Of a stretch of DNA of 64,000 nt, positions 1 through 9,462 are shown in pieces. The DNA comes from Lachnospiraceae bacterium (GTDB lineage Bacteria; Bacillota; Clostridia; Lachnospirales; Lachnospiraceae). The notes under the pieces were generated by a model. It saw only the letters and a program-made list of their open reading frames with translations, made no database searches and was not told the DNA's origin. The stretch lies in the NCBI GenBank assembly GCA_051877755.1, contig JBJEJE010000003.1, forward strand, positions 21,460 through 85,459, read 5' to 3'. Positions within the stretch are counted from its first letter, which is position 1. Each line of letters starts with the position of its first letter. A program made the translations under genes and the position numbers.

Positions 1-1
1 T

Positions 2-1348
2 TCCATGTTAAATGCAGGAATTCCTCTCCGCCGTTTTAAAACCGGAACTCCTGCAAGAATTGATAAGAGAAGTATTGATTTTTCCAAAATGGAAGAGCAG
101 AAAGGGGATGAAACCATTGTTCCATTTTCCTTTACCAATACGGAGGAGGATATTAAAAGAGAACAGGTTAGCTGCTGGCTTACTTATACCAATGAGGAAA
201 CACACAATATTATAAGAAAAAACATTGACCGTTCTCCGTTATTTTCCGGTGCCATTGAGGGAACAGGACCGAGATACTGTCCTTCCATTGAAGATAAGGT
301 TATGAAATTTGCAGATAAAGACAGGCATCAGGTATTTGTGGAACCGGAGGGAGAGTTTACCAATGAAATGTATATTGGTGGAATGAGTTCTTCCCTGCCG
401 GAGGATGTGCAGTATGCCATGTACCGGAGTGTGCCGGGATTAGAAAATGCCAGAATTGTAAGAAACGCATATGCCATTGAGTATGATTGTATTAGTGCGT
501 TGCTGTTAAAGCCATCTCTGGAATTCAAAGAGGTGGAAGGATTATTTAGTGCAGGACAGATGAATGGAAGCTCCGGTTATGAAGAGGCGGCGGCACAGGG
601 ATTGATGGCAGGAATCAATGCTGCCAGAAAATTGCAGGAAAAAGAACCGGTTGTGTTAGACCGTTCACAGGGATATATCGGAGTGCTCATCGATGATCTG
701 GTAACGAAGGAGACAAAGGAACCTTACCGGATGATGACTTCCCGTGCAGAATACCGCCTGCTTTTAAGACAGGATAATGCGGATCTGCGTCTTACGGATA
801 TTGGCCATGCCATTGGACTAATTGATGATGACAGATACGAACATTTTTGCAAAAAGAGAGAGTTGATTCAAAAAGAGGTTTCCCGGTTATCGGAAACCAT
901 GGTAGGTGCTAACAAGGAAGTGCAGACTTTCTTAGAAGAAAATGAAAGTACAACCTTGAAAACTGCTGCATCTCTGGCAGACTTGATCAAGCGTCCGGAA
1001 CTGAATTATGAGATGATTGCACCTTTGGATAAGGAAAGGGAATCTTTATATGAAACTTCTCTTTATAAGGAGAATCTGTCAAAAGAAGTGATAGAGCAGA
1101 TTGATATAGAACTGAAATATGATGGTTATATCAAACGCCAGCGGTCCCAGGTGGAGCATTTTAAGAAGCTGGAGAAGAAGAGAATCCCTGCGGATATTGA
1201 TTACAATGATGTGCATAACCTTCGAAAGGAAGCAAGACAGAAGTTAAATGATATACGTCCGGAGAATATCGGGCAGGCATCCCGAATATCCGGAGTTTCA
1301 CCGGCGGATATGTCGGTGTTGATGATTTATCTGACTGGAAATTCTTGA
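2..1348 (+). CDS. mnmG: tRNA uridine 5-carboxymethylaminomethyl modification enzyme MnmG (GidA), C-terminal ~447 aa; the 5' end lies outside the window
   Basis: The ORF is open to the window edge. The translation carries the conserved MnmG core ([59 protein letters not shown]) and the C-terminal [20 protein letters not shown] helix. Confidence 0.95.
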   Translation, partial: SMLNAGIPLRRFKTGTPARIDKRSIDFSKMEEQKGDETIVPFSFTNTEEDIKREQVSCWLTYTNEETHNIIRKNIDRSPLFSGAIEGTGPRYCPSIEDKVMKFADKDRHQVFVEPEGEFTNEMYIGGMSSSLPEDVQYAMYRSVPGLENARIVRNAYAIEYDCISALLLKPSLEFKEVEGLFSAGQMNGSSGYEEAAAQGLMAGINAARKLQEKEPVVLDRSQGYIGVLIDDLVTKETKEPYRMMTSRAEYRLLLRQDNADLRLTDIGHAIGLIDDDRYEHFCKKRELIQKEVSRLSETMVGANKEVQTFLEENESTTLKTAASLADLIKRPELNYEMIAPLDKERESLYETSLYKENLSKEVIEQIDIELKYDGYIKRQRSQVEHFKKLEKKRIPADIDYNDVHNLRKEARQKLNDIRPENIGQASRISGVSPADMSVLMIYLTGNS

Positions 1349-1426
1349 AAACGTGATAATACAGAATTGTAATTTATTTGAAAACGTGATAATATAATTC
1401 TATGAAATTTTTGAAAACGTGATAAT
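1345..1426 (+). repeat. Three perfect 16-bp direct repeats TTGAAAACGTGATAAT phased at 33 bp
   Basis: Copies lie at 1345-1360, 1378-1393 and 1411-1426. The first overlaps the mnmG stop codon (TGA 1346-1348). The array sits immediately upstream of the DUF4143-type ATPase gene. Confidence 0.95.
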
Positions 1427-1472
1427 CGTATAGAAAAGAACAGGAACGGTTATAGTATAATTGGTGATGTAT

Positions 1473-2816
1473 ATGAATTTAAAAAGAAAAATTTATGATA
1501 AATTGGTAAATTGGAAAAGAGAAAGCCAAGGATCTTCTGCTGTTTTATTAGAAGGTGCAAGGCGTGTTGGTAAAAGTTATATTGCAAAAACTTTTGGTGA
1601 GCAGGAGTATAAATCCTATTTATTGATAGATTTTTCTAATATATCAGATGATGTTTTAGATGTATTTGAACATGATAAGACGAATCTGGATTTATTCTTT
1701 AATAAGTTATCAATTTTTTATAATGTAAAATTATATTTACGAGAAAGTCTGATTATTTTTGATGAAGTGCAGATGTATCCAAAAGCACGACAATTGGTGA
1801 AACATCTGGTGGAAGATGGAAGATATGATTATTTAGAAACTGGTTCTTTAATTACATTACGTCAGAATATAGAAAATATTGTATTACCTTCGGAAGAGGA
1901 ACATTTTCAGATGAATCCATTGGATTTTGAGGAATATTTATGGGCAATGGGTGATGAAATGACAGCGGATTATATACGCAGTTGTTACGAACAAAAGATT
2001 CCTTTGGGTGATGCAATTCATCGGAAGGCAATGAATCAGTTTCGTCAATATATGCTTGTTGGTGGAATGCCACAGGCAGTTTTGGAATATATCAAAACAA
2101 AAGATTTTGAAAAAACAGATATCGTAAAACGCAGAATTCTTACTTTATATCGGAATGATGTTACCAAATTTGCAAAGGGTTATGAGAGTAAAGTTTTGTC
2201 TATATTTGATGGGATTCCTGCCCAATTATCCAAACATGAAAAAAGGTACAATTTAGCTTCCATTGAGAAACAGGCAAGATTTAGAGAATATGAAGATTCT
2301 TTTATGTGGTTAGAGGAAGCAGATATTATTAATATCTGTTTTAATTCCACAGATCCAAATGTAGGATTAGGTCTTAATACAAAGCGCATGACGTTAAAAT
2401 GCTATATGGCTGATACAGGATTATTATTTAGTCATGCATTTTCAGATAAAGAGTTGACAGAAGAATCTATCTATAAGTCTATTCTTTTTGATAAATTAGA
2501 ATTAAATGAAGGAATGTTTTTGGAAAATATTGTTGCACAGATGTTGGTTAGCCGAGGATACAAATTATTCTTTTATTCAAAAAATGACAGAGTAAATGCA
2601 GATAATAGGATGGAAATAGATTTTTTAATTCGTCAAGATAAGAAAATTAGTCCTGTAGAAGTAAAGTCTGGTAAATATCAAACTCATACCTCATTGGATA
2701 AGTGTAAAAGGAAGTTTGGAAAAAAGATAGGAACGAGATATATTATATATACGAAAGATTTACGGGTAGAAGATGACATTGTATATCTGCCTGTTTATAT
2801 GACAATGTGTCTTTAG
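1473..2816 (+). CDS. AAA+ ATPase with DUF4143-type C-terminal domain
   Basis: Walker A is GARRVGKS and Walker B is IIFDEVQ. The long C-terminal region is typical of the AAA_14/DUF4143 architecture. Start is chosen at ATG 1473 (MNLKRK) with GGTGA 7 nt upstream; the track ORF starts at TTG 1461. Confidence 0.75.
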   Translation: MNLKRKIYDKLVNWKRESQGSSAVLLEGARRVGKSYIAKTFGEQEYKSYLLIDFSNISDDVLDVFEHDKTNLDLFFNKLSIFYNVKLYLRESLIIFDEVQMYPKARQLVKHLVEDGRYDYLETGSLITLRQNIENIVLPSEEEHFQMNPLDFEEYLWAMGDEMTADYIRSCYEQKIPLGDAIHRKAMNQFRQYMLVGGMPQAVLEYIKTKDFEKTDIVKRRILTLYRNDVTKFAKGYESKVLSIFDGIPAQLSKHEKRYNLASIEKQARFREYEDSFMWLEEADIINICFNSTDPNVGLGLNTKRMTLKCYMADTGLLFSHAFSDKELTEESIYKSILFDKLELNEGMFLENIVAQMLVSRGYKLFFYSKNDRVNADNRMEIDFLIRQDKKISPVEVKSGKYQTHTSLDKCKRKFGKKIGTRYIIYTKDLRVEDDIVYLPVYMTMCL

Positions 2817-2828
2817 GAGGTATATAGA

Positions 2829-3299
2829 ATGAACATTCGCAGGGCAAAAGAAAAAGATATGAACGGAATTAACAGATTACTTCGTCAGGTTCTTATGGTA
2901 CATCATAATGGAAGACCGGATTTGTTTAAAGCAGATGTAAAGAAATATACAGATGAGGAATTATTAGATATCATAAAGGATGATAACAAACCTATATTTG
3001 TTGGTGTTGATGAGAAAGAAAATGTGCTTGGTTATGCATTCTGTGTATTTCAACAGCATATAGATGATAATATTTTAACGGATATTAAGACTTTGTATAT
3101 CGATGATCTCTGTGTGGATGAGGAGTTGAGGGGAAAGCATATTGGAAAAGAAATTTATGAATATGTTCTGGATTTTGCAAAGAAGAGAGGATGTTATAAT
3201 GTGACACTGAATGTATGGAACTGCAATCCTTCCGCAATGAAGTTTTATGAAAAATGTGGACTTGTACCGTATAAGGTTGGTATGGAAAAAATCTTATAA
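2829..3299 (+). CDS. GNAT family N-acetyltransferase
   Basis: 156 aa with an acetyl-CoA binding motif (LCVDEELRGKHIGKEIYEYVLDFAKKRG) and C-terminal NPSAMKFYEKCG. AGGAGG RBS lies upstream of ATG 2829. Confidence 0.85.
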   Translation: MNIRRAKEKDMNGINRLLRQVLMVHHNGRPDLFKADVKKYTDEELLDIIKDDNKPIFVGVDEKENVLGYAFCVFQQHIDDNILTDIKTLYIDDLCVDEELRGKHIGKEIYEYVLDFAKKRGCYNVTLNVWNCNPSAMKFYEKCGLVPYKVGMEKIL

Positions 3300-3384
3300 G
3301 AAAGTAAATCTACTATTATTGGATAACTATATATTGTAAGGTGTTTTATAATAAACGGAGTAAAAGAAAAATTGGGAGAAATAT

Positions 3385-4107
3385 ATGGAACGCTTAAAAG
3401 AAATGGCATTGCAATTTAATATTGAATTATCAGATAAGCAGATTGAACAGTTTCAGATTTATTATGAATTGTTTGTAGAGACCAACAAGGTAATGAACCT
3501 GACTGCAATTACCGAGTTAGATGAAGTTATTACAAAACACTTTTTGGATTCCCTGGCTTTGGCACAGGTTTATCCGGAAATTTGTGATGACAGTAAAAAT
3601 ATTACGGTACTGGATTTGGGAACCGGTGCTGGTTTTCCAGGCATACCACTTAAAATTGCATTTCCACATTTGCAGATTACATTAATGGATTCCTTAAATA
3701 AACGTATCAAATTTCTGCAGTCTGTAATAGATGAGTTAGGATTATGTGGTATTGAGGCAGTACATGGAAGAGCAGAGGAAGCAGCAAGAAATAAAAGTTA
3801 CCGGGAAAACTTTGATTTATGTGTAAGCCGGGCTGTGGCAAATCTCTCTACGTTAAGTGAGTACTGTATTCCATTTGTAAAAGTGGGAGGGGAATTTATT
3901 TCATATAAGGCTGCGGATATAGAAGAAGAGGTAAATAATGCAAAGAAAGCAATTCAGGTTTTAGGTGGAAAATTAACCTCAGTTAAAAAATTAACTCTTC
4001 CAAATTCTGATATTGAGCGTTCTTTTGTTATGATTCAAAAAGAAAAAACAACACCAAAGTCTTATCCACGAAAAGCAGGTACTGCAAGTAAAGAACCAAT
4101 TCAGTAA
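3385..4107 (+). CDS. rsmG: 16S rRNA (guanine527-N7)-methyltransferase RsmG (GidB)
   Basis: The SAM-binding motif is VLDLGTGAGFPGIPLKIAFP. NLTAI and HFLDSL motifs are typical of RsmG, as is the 240 aa length. Confidence 0.92.
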   Translation: MERLKEMALQFNIELSDKQIEQFQIYYELFVETNKVMNLTAITELDEVITKHFLDSLALAQVYPEICDDSKNITVLDLGTGAGFPGIPLKIAFPHLQITLMDSLNKRIKFLQSVIDELGLCGIEAVHGRAEEAARNKSYRENFDLCVSRAVANLSTLSEYCIPFVKVGGEFISYKAADIEEEVNNAKKAIQVLGGKLTSVKKLTLPNSDIERSFVMIQKEKTTPKSYPRKAGTASKEPIQ

Positions 4108-4153
4108 AATATATTTTAAATTATTTATAGAATATATTTTATGATAGAAAGAT

Positions 4154-4215
4154 AAAAAGTACGCAAATTTGCAATAACATTAGAAATGTTAGTCAGGCAA
4201 ATTTGTGTACTTTTT
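4154..4215. terminator. Bidirectional intrinsic terminator between convergent rsmG and the exonuclease gene
   Basis: AAAAAGTACGCAAATTTGC (4154-4172) pairs with GGCAAATTTGTGTACTTTTT (4196-4215). A-run and T-run flanks give a T-tract on both strands. Confidence 0.65.
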
Positions 4216-4216
4216 A

Positions 4217-5173
4217 TTAGGATGCATTTTTCTTTTGGTGTCGTTTTTCTTGTCGTTTTAGTCTTAATTCATTCTGTCGTTTCTTGATCTGTTCATATTC
4301 ATTTTTGGTAATCTTTTCAACAGTTTTAATTGCAAATACATGTCCATCGTTTGTAGATTTAAATCTTATTTTTCCACAAATCAGTCCATGTGTCCAACAT
4401 TTACCAACACAGATTTGTGTGGTGGAATTGTTAACAAACCATCTGATTTTTTTCTTGAGTTTACGGTTGCATTTGTGACAGCGTAGAGTAGAAATATTCT
4501 TATCATCCATGGCTTCTTTTTTGTTATTGAAAGTACGGGTGATATATTCACTGTAGTTCATGTGCTGAGAAGTGATTTCTTCTTCTTCACAGGTTGGATA
4601 GTGATAGTAATCAATACTATACATATCAGAAAGTCTTTTTCGATTCATTTCCTGAAATACTTTTGCGGTATAATATGCATCATTTTTTGCACAGTGAAAT
4701 GGTTCATTAATTGGAATATGCAGATCCGTAACTGCCTTTTCCAGACTTGGCATTTTACTTTTATCTCCCAAGTGATTGATTGCATATATTTCCTGGAGAT
4801 TATAAAATTTCAGAGGAAACGGAAAAGTGTTAAGATAGTAAAAATCCATATTTTGCTGCAGGTATGTCAGATCAAGAGGTCCCCATGTACAAAATATATA
4901 ATCTTCACCACACCATTTTTTAAATTCACGAAAAACAACATCAAATGGACGTCCGGTACGAAGAAGTTTTTCATCATAATTTAGTAATTCACGGATTGCT
5001 GCCTGTAGCCGTCGATAAACTCTTGGTTTGATAATACTTCCGTAATGGTCGATAATATTAAATTTTTGATCAAGTTTCGTAGCACCAATTTCAATTACTT
5101 CAAATGGCAGCTTTGCATTTGATGTACTTGAAGAACCCTGGTTCCACTCCAAATCCATTACAATATAATTCAT
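4217..5173 (-). CDS. DEDDh-type 3'-5' exonuclease (DnaQ/KapD-like) with a Cys-rich basic C-terminal extension
   Basis: Exo motifs are MDLEWN (DxE), CTWGPLD and HCAKNDAYYT (H-x4-D). The C-terminus has CHKCN...CVGKCWTHGLCG and a Lys/Arg tail. Start is moved to ATG 5173 (GAAGGA RBS 6 nt upstream) because the longer track ORF would overlap the upstream gene. Confidence 0.75.
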   Translation of the reverse strand: MNYIVMDLEWNQGSSSTSNAKLPFEVIEIGATKLDQKFNIIDHYGSIIKPRVYRRLQAAIRELLNYDEKLLRTGRPFDVVFREFKKWCGEDYIFCTWGPLDLTYLQQNMDFYYLNTFPFPLKFYNLQEIYAINHLGDKSKMPSLEKAVTDLHIPINEPFHCAKNDAYYTAKVFQEMNRKRLSDMYSIDYYHYPTCEEEEITSQHMNYSEYITRTFNNKKEAMDDKNISTLRCHKCNRKLKKKIRWFVNNSTTQICVGKCWTHGLICGKIRFKSTNDGHVFAIKTVEKITKNEYEQIKKRQNELRLKRQEKRHQKKNAS

Positions 5174-5213
5174 ATATATCCTTCTAAATGTATATTTGTA
5201 TTTGAGTGTTGTA

Positions 5214-5786
5214 TTAGTTTGCACGCATTCTTCTTACGTTGTCTGTGTTATCATTATAATATGTATCAAGTGTTTTGTTGATTTCTTCTAATACTTCTAA
5301 TGTCTCTTTCGATGCAGTGGAAGTATTACCATTTAACTGAACAAGAAGTTTGGAAATACGGTCAGAACTATTAAGTGTCTTGTTACTGCTTTCCTGTGTC
5401 TTTTTGATCAAAATCTTTGTACAGAGTTTCTGTTGTTCAATTAGTTCATCATTCAATCTCTGGTTTTCCTGTTTTAACTGTTCAAGCTGTTTTAAAAGTG
5501 CGTCGTTCTGTTTGATGTTGGTAGATTCTTCCCGTTTGGCAACGGAATAGATACCCTTTTCTACTTTCACAAGCTCGGTCTGTTTATCCATAGAAGCTTC
5601 AGAAATCTCGTCTACTTTCTTAACGATACTGTCCACAAGAAAATAAGTATCTGCTAAGGCTATTAAACCAAACACAATGATTAATTCTATCATTTGTGGC
5701 ATATTTAATATTAAATAAAGTAACACCAGAATAGAAGCCACAAAACCAACGGCACTGAATGTTAAATTAGATTTTTTGATCTTCAT
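5214..5786 (-). CDS. Hypothetical membrane protein with two N-terminal TM helices and a coiled-coil tail
   Basis: 190 aa. Hydrophobic segments are FSAVGFVASILVLLYLIL and LIIVFGLIALADTYFLV, followed by a heptad-rich Q/E/L/K region. No family was recognised. Confidence 0.5.
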   Translation of the reverse strand: MKIKKSNLTFSAVGFVASILVLLYLILNMPQMIELIIVFGLIALADTYFLVDSIVKKVDEISEASMDKQTELVKVEKGIYSVAKREESTNIKQNDALLKQLEQLKQENQRLNDELIEQQKLCTKILIKKTQESSNKTLNSSDRISKLLVQLNGNTSTASKETLEVLEEINKTLDTYYNDNTDNVRRMRAN

Positions 5787-5845
5787 AAAATAACCCCCAT
5801 TACTGTAAGTGATTCTTGAAATAGTAGTATTCTATATATGAGTAA

Positions 5846-5917
5846 TGCACCCGGCGGGAATCGAACCCACAATTATTCTTTAGGAGAGAATTGTTATATC
5901 CATTTAACTACGGGTAC
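5846..5917 (-). tRNA. tRNA-Arg (anticodon CCT)
   Basis: The minus-strand read is GTACCCG-TA-GTTAAATGGATATAAC-A-ATTCT-CTCCTAA-AGAAT-AATT-GTGGG-TTCGATT-CCCGC-CGGGTGC-A. It has a 7-bp acceptor, 4-bp D stem, 5-bp anticodon stem with a CT-CCT-AA loop, and a GTTCGATTCC T-loop. CCA is not encoded. Confidence 0.85.
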
Positions 5918-5948
5918 AGATAATAAGAACAAATGGTTGAGGAATATG

Positions 5949-6833
5949 TCACATAAAATGAACCTGTCCCTGCAACCAGATAATTCCTTTAAATCTTCTT
6001 CCAATCCGTGGTTCACCTTCAAGATCCAGGGAATTGATTGCCACGTTGATGGTAAGATCATTGCATACCACAGTTAGATTATACACCAATTCACCGGAAA
6101 ATTCATTAGTAATTTGTTCTATTTTTGTAATAATTCCTAAAATGGAATAGTGTTCGTTATCAATACCATATGGCATAAAGTATGTTTCAATAACAGTGAA
6201 TAAATCTTCATCTTTAATCCGCTTGGAAATAAGAGAGTAGGTATCCATATCGTCTAAAGTTAAATTTTCCAAAGCATCCATATCACCGGACTTTGCTTTA
6301 GCTATAAGATTACGGCGTTCCTTATTACTGATGGGCTGTTTCTCGTAGGGATAGGAGATGTATTCTAAATGAACACCATAAAGAATTCTTCCATTTAATG
6401 ATAAAGCACCAAACTTTACTTTCTTTGGAATTTTGTAAAAGTCATTTAACCAGGTACTTCTTACATAATCGACAATATTTTGCAGAGCATAAATGAGAGT
6501 AATCCCTAGATTGTAATCATCTGAAACTCCGGAATAGGCCTCCTTGTCTGTGTGTCCTTCAATCTGGATATCCGGTTGTGTCGTAGTATGGGAGCCTATA
6601 CAATAAGGAAAAGAATGATCTACCATGATGGTACCTTCTTTATCACTTTCTGCAATGATTGCAAGACCAAGACCGCCTCCTAAATCTCTGTTTATCTGAA
6701 TTAATTTGGTATCTGCTCCGATTTCAATTTCTCTTCTGTTTGTGGAATCATTTAATGCAGCGGTTATCAGTGTATTCTGTTCTATTTTATTTTTGAGTTT
6801 GCTAAAACCGATAGCGCGTAAATAACTATGCAT
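5949..6833 (-). CDS. DUF3881-like protein
   Basis: 294 aa. The N-terminus MHSYLRAIGFS matches my recollection of the DUF3881 family signature. No catalytic motif was recognised. Confidence 0.55.
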   Translation of the reverse strand: MHSYLRAIGFSKLKNKIEQNTLITAALNDSTNRREIEIGADTKLIQINRDLGGGLGLAIIAESDKEGTIMVDHSFPYCIGSHTTTQPDIQIEGHTDKEAYSGVSDDYNLGITLIYALQNIVDYVRSTWLNDFYKIPKKVKFGALSLNGRILYGVHLEYISYPYEKQPISNKERRNLIAKAKSGDMDALENLTLDDMDTYSLISKRIKDEDLFTVIETYFMPYGIDNEHYSILGIITKIEQITNEFSGELVYNLTVVCNDLTINVAINSLDLEGEPRIGRRFKGIIWLQGQVHFM

Positions 6834-6845
6834 TTTATACTCCTT

Positions 6846-7409
6846 TTAATAACTGATTTCTGGTTTTCTTTCTTCTCTTTCTTTTGCTGCTTCTTCTGCA
6901 CCTTCTTTGCCTATGGCAACATTGAGTGCCAGTCGCTCTTCTTCTGATAAGATATAATAGGATTCTTCATTGGTTACTTCCTTACAATAAGTAAAGCATC
7001 CTTCACGGCTATGCATGGAGGTAATAATGATACCATCGTGATTTTCTGTAAGTAGTGCCAGGGAAAAACTGAGTTTGCCTGACATTTCCTTGAAGGCATC
7101 ATATTTTACAAGACCAATTTTACAAAAGGTAGTAAGAAATTTATCGTTAATGATTTCAATGTCTTTGTTCTGTTTTTTTTCATTTTTTACAACCTGACGA
7201 ATTTCAGAAAATCTTTTTATAATAATTTCTTCTAAATTCGCAGCATCTTTTCCGGTAGTGAAACGTGTAAGACGCTTGTTTAATTTATTATATTTGGAAA
7301 TAATTGTAAATATCCATATAAATTGAAATATTACAACAACAATTAATATAAGTACTACTAAATCAATACTTATTCCAATTGAATCAAATATATCTGCTCC
7401 CATTGCCAA
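6846..7409 (-). CDS. DUF4446-like membrane protein (commonly follows parB in Firmicutes)
   Basis: 187 aa with a single N-terminal TM helix (VVLILIVVVIFQFIWIFTII). It lies directly downstream of parB on the same strand. Confidence 0.55.
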   Translation of the reverse strand: MAMGADIFDSIGISIDLVVLILIVVVIFQFIWIFTIISKYNKLNKRLTRFTTGKDAANLEEIIIKRFSEIRQVVKNEKKQNKDIEIINDKFLTTFCKIGLVKYDAFKEMSGKLSFSLALLTENHDGIIITSMHSREGCFTYCKEVTNEESYYILSEEERLALNVAIGKEGAEEAAKEREERKPEISY

Positions 7410-7485
7410 CCCTCTTTATTTCTTTCTCATCTGTTTTGAATGAATAACTTTATTACTTTTGTGTTTTCTTCTTTACAAATAAGTT

Positions 7486-8424
7486 TTATGATTGAATTGA
7501 ATATATCATTTCCATGATGTGCTCTAATTCATCTTTTGAATAATATTCAATCTCAATTTTTCCCTTTTCATTATTCTTTGCTTTAACTGTTGTCTTTGCT
7601 CCAAGTTTATATTTGAAATTTTCTTCCAGTTCTCTGTAGAGAAAAGATAAATCCTCCGTCGTAGCCGCAGCTTCTGGCTCTTTTTTAGGATTATTCAAAT
7701 CATTGACAATTTTCTTTACAAGCTTTTCTGTTTCTCTGACAGATAATCGTTCATCAAAAACTTTACAAGCTGTTTCATATTGTAATTCTTTATCCTCAAT
7801 TGGAAGAAGTGCTCTTGCATGTCCATTGGATAATTTTTCGTCAATGACCATCTCTTGTACTGCTTCTGTCAGTTTTAACAAACGTAGTATGTTAGTAATA
7901 TTACTTCTACTTTTGGAAACCCGTTCTGCCACATCATCCTGTTTTAAGTGAAATTCTTCTATTAATTTTTTATAAGCCTGGGCTTCTTCAATTGGATTTA
8001 AGTCTTCTCTTTGAATGTTTTCAATCAGACCAATCTCTAATATTTGCTGATCGGTATACTCTTTCACCACAACAGGTACTTCCTTTAAACCTGCTTTCAT
8101 GGCTGCTCTCCAACGTCTTTCGCCAGATACCAGAAGATAGTAATTATTTCGTTTTGTAACAACAAGTGGTTCAATTACACCATGCTGGGAAATGGAGTCT
8201 GCTAATTCCTGAAGAGCGTCCTCATTGAATTGCTTTCTCGGCTGATCTTTGTTGATTTCAATATCTTTTATTTTCAGCGTCATTTCCTTAGGTACTTCTT
8301 TGACCACTTCTTTAATGATTTCTTTTGGCTCATCTGATTTGCTTGATGTTCTATTTTTTCTAGTCTGAGCTGTATTAACTCCTAACATGGTATCCAGACC
8401 ATTACCTAATCCTTTTTTTGGCAT
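7486..8424 (-). CDS. parB: Chromosome partitioning protein ParB/Spo0J
   Basis: The ParB box is LVVSGERRWRAAMKAGL, with GLIENIQREDLNPIEEA and an HTH (QDDVAERVSKSRSNITNILRLLKL). Confidence 0.93.
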   Translation of the reverse strand: MPKKGLGNGLDTMLGVNTAQTRKNRTSSKSDEPKEIIKEVVKEVPKEMTLKIKDIEINKDQPRKQFNEDALQELADSISQHGVIEPLVVTKRNNYYLLVSGERRWRAAMKAGLKEVPVVVKEYTDQQILEIGLIENIQREDLNPIEEAQAYKKLIEEFHLKQDDVAERVSKSRSNITNILRLLKLTEAVQEMVIDEKLSNGHARALLPIEDKELQYETACKVFDERLSVRETEKLVKKIVNDLNNPKKEPEAAATTEDLSFLYRELEENFKYKLGAKTTVKAKNNEKGKIEIEYYSKDELEHIMEMIYSIQS

Positions 8425-8440
8425 TTTAATTTCCTCCTAA

Positions 8441-8456
8441 TGTTTCATGTGAAACA
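8441..8456. promoter_or_regulatory. parS-like centromere site TGTTTCATGTGAAACA
   Basis: 15 of 16 positions match the Firmicute parS consensus TGTTNCACGTGAAACA (central CACGTG is CATGTG here). It lies in the parA-parB intergenic region and is embedded in a 22-bp block identical to the copy at 9443-9464. Confidence 0.8.
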
Positions 8457-8547
8457 TTTTTAAAATGAAAATAGCACTCATATAGTTTTCAACGAATATA
8501 TATGCCTGCAAGCAGTCAATATATTCTTGTGAAAACTGCATTCATGC

Positions 8548-9315
8548 TTATACGTTTATGTTTGTGATGACTTCATCAGCTAGTAATCGATAACTTTCTG
8601 CACCAGCACTTCTGGAATCATATGTTATAATTGGCATTCCGTGACTAGGTGCTTCAGCTAAACGTACATTTCTTGGGATAATTGTCTTATATACATTTTG
8701 ATTGAGATTTTCTTTTACATTTTCAACAACTTGTAAAGATAAGTTTGTACGGGAGTCGTACATAGTAAAAACAACACCCTCAATCTTTAAATCTTTATTT
8801 AATTTCTGCTGAATTAATTCAATCGTATATATCAACTGGGAAAGTCCATCCAAAGCAAAAAACTCACATTGAATTGGAACAAGAACAGTATTTGCAGCTG
8901 TCATGGAATTGATTGTGAGCATTCCTAAAGCAGGCGGACAGTCAATAATTACATAATCAAATTTATCCTGGATTTTTCGTAATTGATTCTTGATAATATA
9001 TTGCATATCCGGTTCTCCAATAAATTCGACTTCAGCACCAGCTAAATATCGATTGGAAGGTAATATATTTAATCCCGGTATTACATTAATTAACATAGCT
9101 TCACCTATGTTACAGTTCTCACACATAACATCATAAATGGTATATTCTAAGTCATCTTTGTTAATACCAAATCCTGTTGTCAAATGTCCCTGTGGATCCA
9201 TGTCTACTGCTAAAGTTTTGAAACCTTTCTCAGCAAGGCAGGCAGCTAAGTTAATAGAAGTTGTTGTTTTACCAACTCCACCTTTCTGATTTGCAATTGC
9301 AATAATTCTTCCCAT
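8548..9315 (-). CDS. parA: Chromosome partitioning ATPase ParA/Soj
   Basis: The deviant Walker A is [34 protein letters not shown] and the 255 aa length also fit. Confidence 0.93.
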   Translation of the reverse strand: MGRIIAIANQKGGVGKTTTSINLAACLAEKGFKTLAVDMDPQGHLTTGFGINKDDLEYTIYDVMCENCNIGEAMLINVIPGLNILPSNRYLAGAEVEFIGEPDMQYIIKNQLRKIQDKFDYVIIDCPPALGMLTINSMTAANTVLVPIQCEFFALDGLSQLIYTIELIQQKLNKDLKIEGVVFTMYDSRTNLSLQVVENVKENLNQNVYKTIIPRNVRLAEAPSHGMPIITYDSRSAGAESYRLLADEVITNINV

Positions 9316-9444
9316 TTGTACGTACTTCCTTTGTTATCAAATTCTCTTCTCTAAATACTTTAACTATTTTATCACAAACAAAGAAAATAGGAAAGACGAC
9401 ATCTAGTAAATTAAAATTTGAAAAACACTACTTATTGATAAAAA

Positions 9445-9460
9445 TGTTTCATGTGAAACA
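9445..9460. promoter_or_regulatory. Second parS-like site TGTTTCATGTGAAACA
   Basis: The 16-mer and flanks (AATGTTTCATGTGAAACATTTT) are identical to the 8441 copy. It lies just upstream of parA, next to the 3' end of the pyrC-like gene. Confidence 0.8.
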
Positions 9461-9462
9461 TT

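Noticed and set aside
1345-1426. The three 16-mers as DnaA boxes or an oriC element, given the origin-proximal gene set
   Set aside because: TTGAAAACGTGATAAT does not align to TTATCCACA/TGTGGATAA in either orientation. No dnaA gene or AT-rich unwinding element is adjacent.
5838-6077. 79-aa plus-strand ORF overlapping the tRNA and the 3' end of the DUF3881-like gene
   Set aside because: It is the antisense reading of a tRNA gene and a CDS.
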